In this document: piece after piece, positions 1-8,986 of the stretch | Position numbering within the stretch: position 1 is the stretch's first letter | How the letters are laid out: each line of letters opens with the position of its first letter | From: an uncultured Alistipes sp. | GTDB taxonomy: Bacteria > Bacteroidota > Bacteroidia > Bacteroidales > Rikenellaceae | Assembly: GCA_905213895.1 (NCBI GenBank) | Contig: CAJMKE010000002.1 | Coordinates: 30,124-94,123, forward strand | DNA length: 64,000 nt | Reading direction: 5' to 3' | The notes under the pieces: model-generated | The model's input: only the letters and a program-made list of their open reading frames with translations | What the model was told of the DNA's origin: nothing | The model's database searches: none | Program-made: the position numbers and the translations under genes

Positions 1-721
1 GTGGGCGGCGAAGTGGTCGATCGAGGAGATACAGGCGGAGGCGCAATTTATGGGTTACATTTCGTTCCAGCGCGAAATGATGAATAACCCGATCACGGAG
101 GGGGCGACGTTCCGCCACGAATGGATCAAGTGGAAAAACCCGCTGCCGCTGAATCGTTACGACTGCCTCGTGGCGTATTGCGACCCCTCGTTCAAGGGAT
201 CGAGCAAAAACGATTTCAAGGCGATCAAACTATGGGGCAAGGTCGGGCAGGAGTTGCACCACCTTGCGGCGTTCGTGCGCCAGTGCTCCGTCGCCGAAAT
301 GGTGCGCTGGTTCTATGATCTGCACGAAAGATTGCCGCAGGACGTCGTATGCGAATACTACATCGAGGCGAATTTCCTGCAAGACATCCTGCTCGACGAG
401 TTCACGCGCGAGGGCAACCTACGCGGCTACCAACTGCCGATCCGCGCCGATCGACGTAAGAAGCCCGACAAGTTCCAGCGCATCGAAGCCATATCGCCGT
501 TATGGGAACGCGGGTTCGTGTACTATAACGCCAAACTGCGCAACGATCCCGATATGCTCGCGGGGCTGGAACAGACTCTTGCTTTTGAAAAGGGTATGAG
601 CGGACACGACGACGCCCCCGATGCCGATGAGGGCGCGATATACATTTTACAACAGCGCACGCGCATTCAGGCATTCCAACCCTCTTATGGGCGGCGCACA
701 ACTCCCAAATCCGTATGGTAA
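1..721 (+). CDS. Phage terminase large subunit, C-terminal nuclease part (5-prime partial)
   Basis: The frame is open from position 2, upstream of the first ATG. Motifs VAYCDPS..G and GHDDAPDA resemble the RNaseH-like nuclease domain of large terminases. The position just before a portal gene is consistent. Confidence 0.65.
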   Translation, partial: WAAKWSIEEIQAEAQFMGYISFQREMMNNPITEGATFRHEWIKWKNPLPLNRYDCLVAYCDPSFKGSSKNDFKAIKLWGKVGQELHHLAAFVRQCSVAEMVRWFYDLHERLPQDVVCEYYIEANFLQDILLDEFTREGNLRGYQLPIRADRRKKPDKFQRIEAISPLWERGFVYYNAKLRNDPDMLAGLEQTLAFEKGMSGHDDAPDADEGAIYILQQRTRIQAFQPSYGRRTTPKSVW

Positions 722-945
722 AATTTATCAAGGCGTTGGTATTCGACTACCGACTGAAAAAGCAAATCCGCATTGCCGACGAGCGCAAGGCGGCGACAGG
801 CAAGAAGCAGTTCGTGTTGTGCATCTGCGGGCGACCTATGTGCGTCAGTAAGGCGCATATCCGCCGACTGATCGGCGAGGGTGTTTATCGCAAGGGAATA
901 ACCGTGTCGGACATCGCCGCGAAAGCGATCTACAAAACCCGTTAG
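715..945 (+). CDS. Hypothetical small phage protein
   Basis: The ORF is packed between terminase and the next head gene on the same strand. Confidence 0.3.
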   Translation: MVKFIKALVFDYRLKKQIRIADERKAATGKKQFVLCICGRPMCVSKAHIRRLIGEGVYRKGITVSDIAAKAIYKTR

Positions 946-949
946 CCGA

Positions 950-1372
950 ATGTTCCTCGAAGAAAACGACTATCGCGTGGTGTGCTGCGAAGCAGACCTC
1001 GACATCATCACGCAGAGCAGCGACGACATACGGCAGCAGGCAGAACGCATCGCGATGGACGAAATTGCGGGATATGTTCGGGCGCGGTACGACATCGAGG
1101 CGGCGTATGCAGCAGTGGGCGCGGAACGGTGCCCGTTGCTTGTGCAAATGACCGTCAGCGTTGCCCTCTACTATCTCGGTATGTGGCTGCCGCAGTTTAT
1201 GGCGTCGGAGGTACGCGAAACGCTGTACGAGAACGCAATCAACCGTCTGAAAGATATTCAGCGCGGCGCGTTCACGCCCGACCTGCCAGCCTATCCGCCC
1301 GACGACAAGGGCAATGACGCCACGAATCCGATGCGCTACGGGTCAATGGCGGCGCAACGGTACGACTATTAA
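950..1372 (+). CDS. Phage protein, possibly Mu gp36-like (DUF1320) head-associated
   Basis: The 140-aa acidic protein sits between terminase and portal in a Mu-like head module. The family assignment is from memory only. Confidence 0.3.
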   Translation: MFLEENDYRVVCCEADLDIITQSSDDIRQQAERIAMDEIAGYVRARYDIEAAYAAVGAERCPLLVQMTVSVALYYLGMWLPQFMASEVRETLYENAINRLKDIQRGAFTPDLPAYPPDDKGNDATNPMRYGSMAAQRYDY

Positions 1373-1394
1373 ACAGCGTTCAAACACCGATTGA

Positions 1395-2639
1395 ATGAAA
1401 CGTAAAGACAACACGGAACAGACACTCACCACAATAGAATCCCTGCGCCTTGCAGCGCAGCGCAACAACAAGGAGGGCGGCGATATGCAGAAGCGCAAGA
1501 ACCTCCTTATGCTGCTTAACCAACAGACGCCGAGCCTCACGAAGCAGGACATCGCGCGGTGGCGTGCCGCGTGGCAAATGGCACTCAACATCGAGAACCC
1601 GAAGCGGGCGAACCTATACGACATCTATACGGACGTATTGATCGACCTGCACCTTACGGGCTGTATTTCCCAGCGTATGGGTAAAACCCTGTTGAAGTCG
1701 TTCGTCATCAAGAACCCCGACGGTTCGGAGAACGAAGATGCGCAGAAGATATTCGAGAGCCAATGGTTCTACGATTTTATGCTTTACGCCCTCGATAGCC
1801 GCTACTGGGGGCACTCGCTCGTACAGTTGGGCGACGTCATAACCGACGCAAACGGCGTGCGCAAGTTCTCCGACGTGGAACTCGTGCCGCGCAAGCACGT
1901 CGTGCCCGAAAAGGGCGTGATCCTGCGCGAGCAGAGCGACGACTGGCGCGACGGCTTCGACTACCGCAAGGGGGCGATCGCCGACTGGTGCGTGGAGATC
2001 GGGGGCAGCCGCGACTTGGGGCTGCTGCTCAAATGCGCCCCGCATTCACTGTCGAAAAAGAATATGACCGCCTATTGGGACGTGTTCGGCGAAATCTTCG
2101 GAATGCCGATGCGCATCGGTAAAACCAACTCGCAGAACCCCGCCGACCGCCGACAGTTGGAAGCGATGCTCGCCGAAATGGGGGCAGCTGGTTGGGCGCT
2201 GTTTCCCGACGGCACGGACATCGAGATCAAGGAATCGACGCGCGGCGATGCTTACAACGTCTATGACAAGCGTATTGACCGAGCCAACTCCGAAATCTCG
2301 AAAGGCATACTGAACCAAACAATGACTATCGACAGCGGTTCGTCTTTGTCGCAATCCGAAACGCACCTCGAAGTGTTCGAGAACGTCTGCGCTGCCGATC
2401 ACAAACTGATTCAGTACATCTTGATCGACCGTATGATCCCGAAGATGATAAAGTTCGGCTTTCTGTTTGCGGGTTTGTCGTTGGACTGGGAGATCGCGGC
2501 GACCTACACACCCGAACAGCAACGCGAACTCGAACGAATGCTGTTGCAATACTACACCATCGACGAGGAGTATTTCATCGATAAATACAAAATCAAGATC
2601 ACGGGCAGGCGCGAAGATACGAGCGGTTTTTTCGAGTAG
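1395..2639 (+). CDS. Phage portal protein, Mu gp29-like (DUF935 family)
   Basis: The 414-aa protein has size and composition typical of DUF935 portals. It is immediately followed by a MuF-like gene. Confidence 0.6.
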   Translation: MKRKDNTEQTLTTIESLRLAAQRNNKEGGDMQKRKNLLMLLNQQTPSLTKQDIARWRAAWQMALNIENPKRANLYDIYTDVLIDLHLTGCISQRMGKTLLKSFVIKNPDGSENEDAQKIFESQWFYDFMLYALDSRYWGHSLVQLGDVITDANGVRKFSDVELVPRKHVVPEKGVILREQSDDWRDGFDYRKGAIADWCVEIGGSRDLGLLLKCAPHSLSKKNMTAYWDVFGEIFGMPMRIGKTNSQNPADRRQLEAMLAEMGAAGWALFPDGTDIEIKESTRGDAYNVYDKRIDRANSEISKGILNQTMTIDSGSSLSQSETHLEVFENVCAADHKLIQYILIDRMIPKMIKFGFLFAGLSLDWEIAATYTPEQQRELERMLLQYYTIDEEYFIDKYKIKITGRREDTSGFFE

Positions 2640-2728
2640 GGGGCGACAAGGACAAAGGCGATAGCCCCCAATCTCCGAAAACCCCGAATAACGCCCGTAA
2701 AGAACATTACAGGCTGTTTAATCGCGCG

Positions 2729-4321
2729 GTGGGCGAATTGTACGCACCCGATATTCTGCGGCTGGCAAAAAGCCCCGAAACGAATAATATCGCATTCGAC
2801 CGCAAGACGTTCAACGATGTTGTTGCGTGGTTGCACCGCGAGGGGCATTTTTCCGCCGATATGCTCGCCGATCCGCACGCTCGGCGACTGATCGAGGCGA
2901 CATACGACGTTTTGAACGGCGCGATAGAAACGTCCGTCAAACAAGAGGTGCCCGCAGAACTTACCGCTGCGCTGCGTAATAATGCGTTCATATTTTCGGG
3001 CTTCAAGACCTATAATACTCTTTCGGAACTTGGGCTGGAACTGACCGACGACAAGGGAGCGGTAAAGCCGTTCGCAAAATTCATCGAAGATGTGCATAAG
3101 ATCGACGAGCGATATAATGGCGCATACCTGTTCGCCGAATACAATCACGCCGTACATTCGTCGCAAATGGCGGTCAAGTGGCACGACATCATAAAAGACG
3201 GCGACGAGTATAACCTTCAATATCGCACGGCGGGCGACGACCGTGTGCGCGAAGCTCACGCGCGGCTCGATGGCGTAACCCTGCCGCCCAACGACAAGTT
3301 TTGGGATCACTACCTGCCGCCCAACGGCTGGAACTGCCGCTGTCAGGTCGTGCAGGTGCTGCGCGAGGACTATGCCGTCAGCGACAGCGACGCCGCGACG
3401 AAGTGGGGCGACGAGTGCACCAAAGAGCCGAAGCAGCAAATTTTTCGGTTCAACGCGGGCAAAGAGTTGAAGTTGTTCCCGCCGAAACACCCGTATTACA
3501 AGGTGCCCAAAGAAGCAAAAACGGTTGTCGAACAGATCGCTGTGCGAGCCAATCCAGCAACGCCACAATTTACTGCAAAAACGATTGAGGAGGCTACACA
3601 GCAGTTCGTCGATAAGTTAGGCGTTAAATGCGCGTTGAACGGGTTCAAGAAGAAAGACTTGGCGCAAGTCAAAGATATTTTCGACTGCGTGGCGCTTCAC
3701 TTTACCAACTATCCCGAATTGCGTCGAAAAATCAAATTCGTCGGTTCGATAAGCGGTCGTGTGAAAATGCTTGAAGACGTGAAATTTCAAGAGTTACGTG
3801 CGCTGTATCCGCAAATGTTGGAGGAGGCAATACGCAAATACGCCCGTAGTTTCGCTCGCAAACACGCAGGAGCAAACACACACACTTACGCATATTCTCA
3901 CGGTGCATTTTCTGAATATGAATTAAACGGTGTAGCATTCAACTCGACGTGGGCGGGCGACAAAATAAAAGATTCCTTGCGCCGCGATGTGGAGTGTCGA
4001 TTCCATCCGATAGGATGTGATACGGTCAAAGCCGTATTCGATCACGAACTCGGGCACAAACTCGATGAGTTGTTGTCGTTATATACCGATCCCGATTTTT
4101 TGGCGATTTACAATCCTGCCAAAGCACAAGGCGAACAATACATAACCGATAACCTTTCGCACTATGCGTATAATTCCTCAATGTTCCGCAAGTCGAATTA
4201 TACACCGCAAAAGGAGTTTATTGCGGAGGCATGGAGCGAATACCTAAACAATGAAAAACCGCGACCGATTGCAGTCGCGGTAGGTGAACTTATAAAGCGT
4301 AAATACAATGCGAAAAAGTAG
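2729..4321 (+). CDS. MuF-like head morphogenesis protein (SPP1 gp7 family) with a C-terminal HExxH (putative zincin) extension
   Basis: The MuF core motif REAHARLDG..FW..LPPNGWNCRCQV lies at about aa 170-215. The C-terminal roughly 240 aa contain HELGH (nt 4044-4058) with a downstream EAWSEY. Confidence 0.7.
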   Translation: MGELYAPDILRLAKSPETNNIAFDRKTFNDVVAWLHREGHFSADMLADPHARRLIEATYDVLNGAIETSVKQEVPAELTAALRNNAFIFSGFKTYNTLSELGLELTDDKGAVKPFAKFIEDVHKIDERYNGAYLFAEYNHAVHSSQMAVKWHDIIKDGDEYNLQYRTAGDDRVREAHARLDGVTLPPNDKFWDHYLPPNGWNCRCQVVQVLREDYAVSDSDAATKWGDECTKEPKQQIFRFNAGKELKLFPPKHPYYKVPKEAKTVVEQIAVRANPATPQFTAKTIEEATQQFVDKLGVKCALNGFKKKDLAQVKDIFDCVALHFTNYPELRRKIKFVGSISGRVKMLEDVKFQELRALYPQMLEEAIRKYARSFARKHAGANTHTYAYSHGAFSEYELNGVAFNSTWAGDKIKDSLRRDVECRFHPIGCDTVKAVFDHELGHKLDELLSLYTDPDFLAIYNPAKAQGEQYITDNLSHYAYNSSMFRKSNYTPQKEFIAEAWSEYLNNEKPRPIAVAVGELIKRKYNAKK

Positions 4322-4323
4322 AA

Positions 4324-4551
4324 TCATACATCTGCGGCTTCATAGGTGCGCAACACTTCGCGCTCCTTGTCGGTTTCAAAAATATAATCACCGCGCTGTC
4401 CGTCGATCACCTTATTGTGGCTTTCAGCATTGTCGTATATATCCAGTGGGATAATATCAAACGCAGCGCATTTGATACCCTCCTTGTAGTGCTTACAATC
4501 CTCGCAGGAGAACGGCAACGACCTTTCAACGTCGATCAAGTGGTTCATTAC
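4324..4551 (-). CDS. Hypothetical small Cys-containing protein
   Basis: The ATG lies at 4551 and codes for 75 aa. The longer annotated ORF 4324..5013 overlaps the better-supported + gene 4591..5055 and is not believed. Confidence 0.3.
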   Translation of the reverse strand, partial: VMNHLIDVERSLPFSCEDCKHYKEGIKCAAFDIIPLDIYDNAESHNKVIDGQRGDYIFETDKEREVLRTYEAADV

Positions 4552-4590
4552 TGGATATAATTTTCGCAAAAATAACGTTTTTTTGATTAG

Positions 4591-5055
4591 ATGGCAAATA
4601 TTTACGATAAAATTCTGCGTGATGCCCGCGTCAAACTTACGTCGATGTTCGACGAGAATTTCCGACGGCAGGGGTTTTTCGGCAAAAAGTGGACGCCGAC
4701 CAAAGTGTCGAAAGTGAACAAGGCAGGCAAACGCGGTTCGATATTGATCGTTACGGGACAGATGCGCCGCTCGATCCGTTCGCAGATTCGCGGTAATGCC
4801 GTCGTATTCACTTCCGACCTCCCATATACCTCCCTGCACAACGAGGGCGGACATTTCGCCGTAACAGTGCGTCAGCACACTCGAACGGTCAAGGGCAAGA
4901 CGTTCGCAGTCAAGAGCCACACGCGGACGCTGACGATGCCGCAGCGACAGTTCATCGGCGACCACGCCGACGTGCAAAAGGCGCTCGGCGACATCGTGAA
5001 CCGCAACCTGCAAAAGTTCAGCGAGGATTTGGTTAAAAAATGTATGAAGCGATGA
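4591..5055 (+). CDS. Phage virion morphogenesis protein, Mu G-like
   Basis: The 154-aa basic protein follows the F-like gene, as in the Mu head module order. Confidence 0.45.
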   Translation: MANIYDKILRDARVKLTSMFDENFRRQGFFGKKWTPTKVSKVNKAGKRGSILIVTGQMRRSIRSQIRGNAVVFTSDLPYTSLHNEGGHFAVTVRQHTRTVKGKTFAVKSHTRTLTMPQRQFIGDHADVQKALGDIVNRNLQKFSEDLVKKCMKR

Positions 5056-5651
5056 GAATACGATTGTATAACGCGATTACGGCGCGTTTGGCGCACGTTC
5101 GCACTGTCGAGGGTGTTCCTGTATTCCTCGACCCGAAACAAACCGACAAAACGGCGCAAATGCCGCCGCAGGCAATCAAAGCATTCGACCTTTGGAACGA
5201 GAATGTCGTACAACTCACCAAACAGCGACCGTTCGAGGTGCCTGCTGTGTTCGTCGAGTTTTTGCCGATCGTATGGTCGTATGCTGGGCGCAAGGCAAAA
5301 CACGCCGACGTAACAGTGCGCTTGCATATCGTTACGGCGACGCTCGCCACGCCGAACTCGCCCTACAAAGAGCAAGCGCTGTACCGCCTCGCGTTGATCC
5401 GCGCCATCGATCAGGCGCTGACGAATTTTTCGGGTGCGGTCGATGATCGCGGGCTGGGCTTCGGGACGTTCGTGCCGCAAGAATCCGACACCGACCACAA
5501 CCACGAACAGGTGTGCGAGGACATCGAGGTGTGGCGAGCGTCGTGTTTCGACCTCTCGGCGGTCGGCAGAAATCTCGTAGCAACGCCTCTTGACGTTACG
5601 CTCGACGACGGCGAGATATTCGCAGCCGTATTCGGCGAAGCGTATGTATAG
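5040..5651 (+). CDS. Hypothetical phage structural-module protein
   Basis: The 203-aa protein is the last gene of the + strand head block before the convergent terminator. Confidence 0.35.
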   Translation: MYEAMRIRLYNAITARLAHVRTVEGVPVFLDPKQTDKTAQMPPQAIKAFDLWNENVVQLTKQRPFEVPAVFVEFLPIVWSYAGRKAKHADVTVRLHIVTATLATPNSPYKEQALYRLALIRAIDQALTNFSGAVDDRGLGFGTFVPQESDTDHNHEQVCEDIEVWRASCFDLSAVGRNLVATPLDVTLDDGEIFAAVFGEAYV

Positions 5652-5658
5652 ACGAAGA

Positions 5659-5685
5659 AACGCCCCGCAGATTTTGCAGGGCGTT
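5659..5685. terminator. Hairpin between the convergent head block and early block
   Basis: AACGCCCCGCAG-ATTT-TGCAGGGCGTT pairs 10 of 11 positions, with T-rich flanks on the minus side. Confidence 0.45.
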
Positions 5686-5690
5686 CTTGC

Positions 5691-5924
5691 TTAAAAGAGA
5701 TTTAGTTGTCGGTCATCTTCCGAATTTGCCGACCGAAGTTCTCCGAGCGGCGTATTGATATACGACAGGTAGGTTCGATAGCACATCGGATAGATCGGGT
5801 AAACGTATTTCTTCCATATCGCCTTGTAGCACTTCTGCAAGTTCCCTGCTTCATAATGTTGCTGGGTGATCTTACAAACGTGCTGAATGCGCAGAAGTGT
5901 ATTTTTATGGCGTTTATTACCCAT
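5691..5924 (-). CDS. Hypothetical protein
   Basis: The ORF lies at the distal end of the minus-strand early operon in a lower-GC patch. An alternative + ORF 5706..6119 exists. Confidence 0.2.
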   Translation of the reverse strand: MGNKRHKNTLLRIQHVCKITQQHYEAGNLQKCYKAIWKKYVYPIYPMCYRTYLSYINTPLGELRSANSEDDRQLNLF

Positions 5925-6000
5925 TTACCGAAAACTTTGACTATCTTTGCAGAAGTGTTCCCGCACTCTGCTCGTCTATCGTTTTCGGTGGCGAGTTTTT

Positions 6001-6207
6001 TTATTCAAGTGTGCCGTATGGCGAAACCTCGACCGTACCCTCGATATGTTTCAATATTCGACCTGTTCCGCCGCATATCGGGCACGTTTCGGTTGCAGAC
6101 GCACGTTCAAATGTTTTGAACTCCCGAACGGTTTCTACCGTTCCCGCGCCGCCGCAGTTGCGACACAACTCGATTTTGTCATAGGCAAACTCCTTGCGCT
6201 TGTTCAT
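6001..6207 (-). CDS. DnaJ-type zinc-finger small protein
   Basis: There are two CxxCxGxG motifs: CRNCGGAG and CPICGGTG. Confidence 0.45.
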   Translation of the reverse strand: MNKRKEFAYDKIELCRNCGGAGTVETVREFKTFERASATETCPICGGTGRILKHIEGTVEVSPYGTLE

Positions 6208-6215
6208 TCAGCAAT

Positions 6216-6731
6216 CTAATCCTCCTTTTCCTTTTTGGGTTCAACGTAAAATGTTTCGTCCTGCACGACGTAGATGCCGCACTTCTCCATCACCTGCTGG
6301 CACTCCTCCGTATCGCGGTCGGCGAGCAGCTTATCCCGCGCAGGCTCCTCGACCGTGCGGATATAGTCCTTTCCGAACTCTTTAAGCAGATTGAGAACCG
6401 CCGCCCACGTAAACGTCTTTTTCGGTTTGAGTTTCGGCATACCGATACGGAAACCGATCGTGCCGTGCGTGGTTTCGATGCTCCGCCGTTTCGTGAACAA
6501 CTCCTCGCGGTTCTCGGTGGCGAACACCTGCATCTTCTCGAACGCATCGGCTTTCATCTGCTCCAACTCCGCCAGCCGATCGGCGTGCTGCTCTCGGATC
6601 GCAACGAACTGACGATCCATCTCCGCGTTGATGTGCTGCACCTCCGCGTCGGCGGAGGCATACAGACCGAACGCCTCTTCCATCTGCTCACGGGTTACGC
6701 CCGTGATGATTGTTTTTTTCTGTCTTGCCAT
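6216..6731 (-). CDS. gam: Mu Gam-like host-nuclease inhibitor (DNA-end binding protein)
   Basis: The 171-aa protein has a coiled-coil-rich composition like Mu Gam. It lies downstream of the A/B transposition genes, as in Mu. Confidence 0.6.
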   Translation of the reverse strand: MARQKKTIITGVTREQMEEAFGLYASADAEVQHINAEMDRQFVAIREQHADRLAELEQMKADAFEKMQVFATENREELFTKRRSIETTHGTIGFRIGMPKLKPKKTFTWAAVLNLLKEFGKDYIRTVEEPARDKLLADRDTEECQQVMEKCGIYVVQDETFYVEPKKEKED

Positions 6732-6932
6732 AGTCTTTGTTTTTAATTGGGTTTCATCTGTCTTTTACGCCTGCGTTGCAAGCGGGTTAATCTTTGCTTT
6801 CGTCGAGTTTGCCGACGTCGGAGGGGTTCCTGCCGTTTATTTCGTTTTGGCAATGTGTCCCGATAGTGTTGTAGTATCGTGGCACAGCCTCGCATTACCG
6901 TTGCAAGGTGCGTAAACACTTCGGCAAGCCGT

Positions 6933-7250
6933 TCAAACTTTGCTTTCATACGTTCCGTATTCGGGCTGGTGTAGTATTTCCAAACCGCACTCTTGGGCGA
7001 TGTTCGCCTCGATGCGTGCGCCCCGACTGTCGCCCCAGTCGGGCAAGAGGTAGATCGCATCGCAGTCGAATAACATCGCGAGGCTCGCCGTCATCTGCTG
7101 CGCCCACGTCGCCGTCGAGGGCTGTCCATTGTCGAGCGGATTGACTGGTTCGTGTCCGAATGCCCGTATTTGCGCCTCCGCCTTTGCGAATTTCTCTTTG
7201 ACTTGTTCGGTAGGCAAATCCGAAATTTTGCCGCTGATGTAGATTTTCAT
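6933..7250 (-). CDS. DUF4406-like (nucleoside 2-deoxyribosyltransferase-like) protein
   Basis: It has an MKIYISGKI N-terminus and a DWGDSRGA..E..A motif. This small family is common in phages. Confidence 0.35.
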   Translation of the reverse strand: MKIYISGKISDLPTEQVKEKFAKAEAQIRAFGHEPVNPLDNGQPSTATWAQQMTASLAMLFDCDAIYLLPDWGDSRGARIEANIAQECGLEILHQPEYGTYESKV

Positions 7251-7261
7251 AGTGGTAATTG

Positions 7262-7735
7262 TTAGTTATAAAGTTGATTATCTTTCGTTATTCCGCGCGA
7301 GAACATTCCTGCGATATATTCGTCGGCAATACTCTGAACCGCTTTCTCGTCGCGCTGCTTTTTAAGGAAGCAGTTGTACAGGTTACGCAGACGCTCGGTC
7401 GGTATCTTGTTGAAGTCGTTGTACCCTGTCGCACGGCAGGCAATGCTCTTGATCGTGTCGATGTTGTGCTGCTTGCCTGCCAGCCGAAGCCACCCGCCGA
7501 TCGACGCGATAACGCGCTTGCGCAGATTGTCAGCCTCTTTCGCTCCTCTGTTGAGTTGAAGTTCGAGCGTGTGGCACAAATCCATCAAATCGTGGTTGTC
7601 TATATCCTTGCTGCTCTCGACGCCATATCCGCCAATCAGGGCGCGTTTCTCCTCCTCCGTCATCCCCAACCGCGTGCAGAGGGTGTGGAACTGGCGCAGG
7701 AGCCATTTTTGCTGTTTATCCATTATTGTTGTCAT
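7262..7735 (-). CDS. Mu gp16/GemA-like (DUF1018) protein
   Basis: The family assignment is from recollection only. Confidence 0.3.
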   Translation of the reverse strand: MTTIMDKQQKWLLRQFHTLCTRLGMTEEEKRALIGGYGVESSKDIDNHDLMDLCHTLELQLNRGAKEADNLRKRVIASIGGWLRLAGKQHNIDTIKSIACRATGYNDFNKIPTERLRNLYNCFLKKQRDEKAVQSIADEYIAGMFSRGITKDNQLYN

Positions 7736-7743
7736 ATCCGAAT

Positions 7744-8046
7744 TTATTTGTCGTATAATTTTGCGATCAATTTCAATTCATTCAAAAATCGAGTTTCATC
7801 GTTTCGTTCTGTCGTCGTCCCGTGATAGCGGAATTTAGCGAAGCAGAACGGGCATTCGAAAACCATCATATAGCCCGACGGCGTGCAACACCAGCCGACC
7901 AATCGCGCGCGAGGAAGTCGGTTTCCCCAATTCGGGCCGAGTCCCCAATTGTAGCCGTCCCCCGATTTTCCGCACACGCATTTGAAATTGGGACGATAAG
8001 CGATCGCTTCATACTGTGCGAATTTTTGTAAATCATTAACTCCCAT
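7744..8046 (-). CDS. Hypothetical zinc-ribbon protein
   Basis: Cys pairs CVCG and CPFC suggest a zinc ribbon. The start is taken at the internal Met so that it does not overlap the upstream gene; the ORF track allows a start at 8094. Confidence 0.3.
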   Translation of the reverse strand: MGVNDLQKFAQYEAIAYRPNFKCVCGKSGDGYNWGLGPNWGNRLPRARLVGWCCTPSGYMMVFECPFCFAKFRYHGTTTERNDETRFLNELKLIAKLYDK

Positions 8047-8051
8047 AACAT

Positions 8052-8687
8052 TTATAATTTGCTTGCCCGATATTCGGTTGCGCCCTCCTCCCATATCACG
8101 AAGTCCTCGCCGCCACCCTCCGCCGTTTTGAATCGGGTCGTAACATATCCGACGAAACCCTCGACGTGCACCTTGACCTCCGAAAGTTTGCGGACGTGTT
8201 GTGCGATGGCGGGATAGGGTTTGTTGTTCTCCTCATGGGCGATGAAGATGAACAGTTTGTCGGGGAACTCATCGATCAACTCCGCGAACACGGGGCGCGT
8301 GAAGCCGACCAGCGCAGTAATCGAATCGATCACTACAACGTCGGGGCTTTTGCGCCTGCGCAGACGCTCGCACAGTTGTTTGATACCCTCTTTCGAGTAA
8401 ACGACTACTTTCGTCCCGACGCTCTGCATATCGGCGTCATTCCACGCATTCTGAAACGATTTCGACAAGCCTTGCTCCAACGTGTCGTAAGCGCACCGAT
8501 CGACGAACTGCGTTAGGTATTTCAGCAGTTCGAGGGCGAAATGCGTCTTGCCGCAGCCACTCTCGCCAAAGATGATCCACGCGCCGCGTAGTTCGGGCTT
8601 GCCGAACGATGCGAGCCACGTGCCCGTGAAATCGGCGATCGTGAACTTGGCGTCGCACACGTTTTTATTGCTTATCGCGCGTTCCAT
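8052..8687 (-). CDS. P-loop NTPase (RecA/KaiC-like ATPase)
   Basis: Walker A GESGCGKTH and Walker B-like VVVIDSI are present. Confidence 0.5.
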   Translation of the reverse strand: MERAISNKNVCDAKFTIADFTGTWLASFGKPELRGAWIIFGESGCGKTHFALELLKYLTQFVDRCAYDTLEQGLSKSFQNAWNDADMQSVGTKVVVYSKEGIKQLCERLRRRKSPDVVVIDSITALVGFTRPVFAELIDEFPDKLFIFIAHEENNKPYPAIAQHVRKLSEVKVHVEGFVGYVTTRFKTAEGGGEDFVIWEEGATEYRASKL

Positions 8688-8689
8688 GT

Positions 8690-8974
8690 CTACTCTTCCG
8701 TTATCAGATGTATAGTCAGATAAGGCACATCGTTAATCGTCTTAATCGTTATGCTGTTCTCTCTTACGTCGAAACGATGGGTAATGCCGAGAAACTCCGT
8801 TGCATTCCTGCGTTTATAGGTAAAATCCGCCAGATAGCGCAGTACAGTTTCCATTATGGCGTACCTTTCGATGTCGGGATAACTCTTGCTTCGGTCAAAG
8901 GGGAAACATGCCAAAACGCACAACAGCCACAAAGGTTTCCTCTTGTTATGCCTTTCAATTACAAACCTTGCCAT
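8690..8974 (-). CDS. Hypothetical phage protein
   Basis: The ORF sits in the early operon between the B-like gene and the ATPase. Confidence 0.35.
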   Translation of the reverse strand: MARFVIERHNKRKPLWLLCVLACFPFDRSKSYPDIERYAIMETVLRYLADFTYKRRNATEFLGITHRFDVRENSITIKTINDVPYLTIHLITEE

Positions 8975-8986
8975 TTCGTCCGCTGT

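Noticed and set aside
4324-5013. A 229-aa minus-strand ORF
   Set aside because: Only the last 75 codons (4324..4551) are free of overlap. The remainder is antisense to the better-supported G-like gene 4591..5055.
6743-7060. A 105-aa minus-strand ORF
   Set aside because: It overlaps the DUF4406-like gene 6933..7250 in another frame and is Arg-rich, so it is treated as spurious. The 6732-6932 gap may still hold a small unannotated gene.
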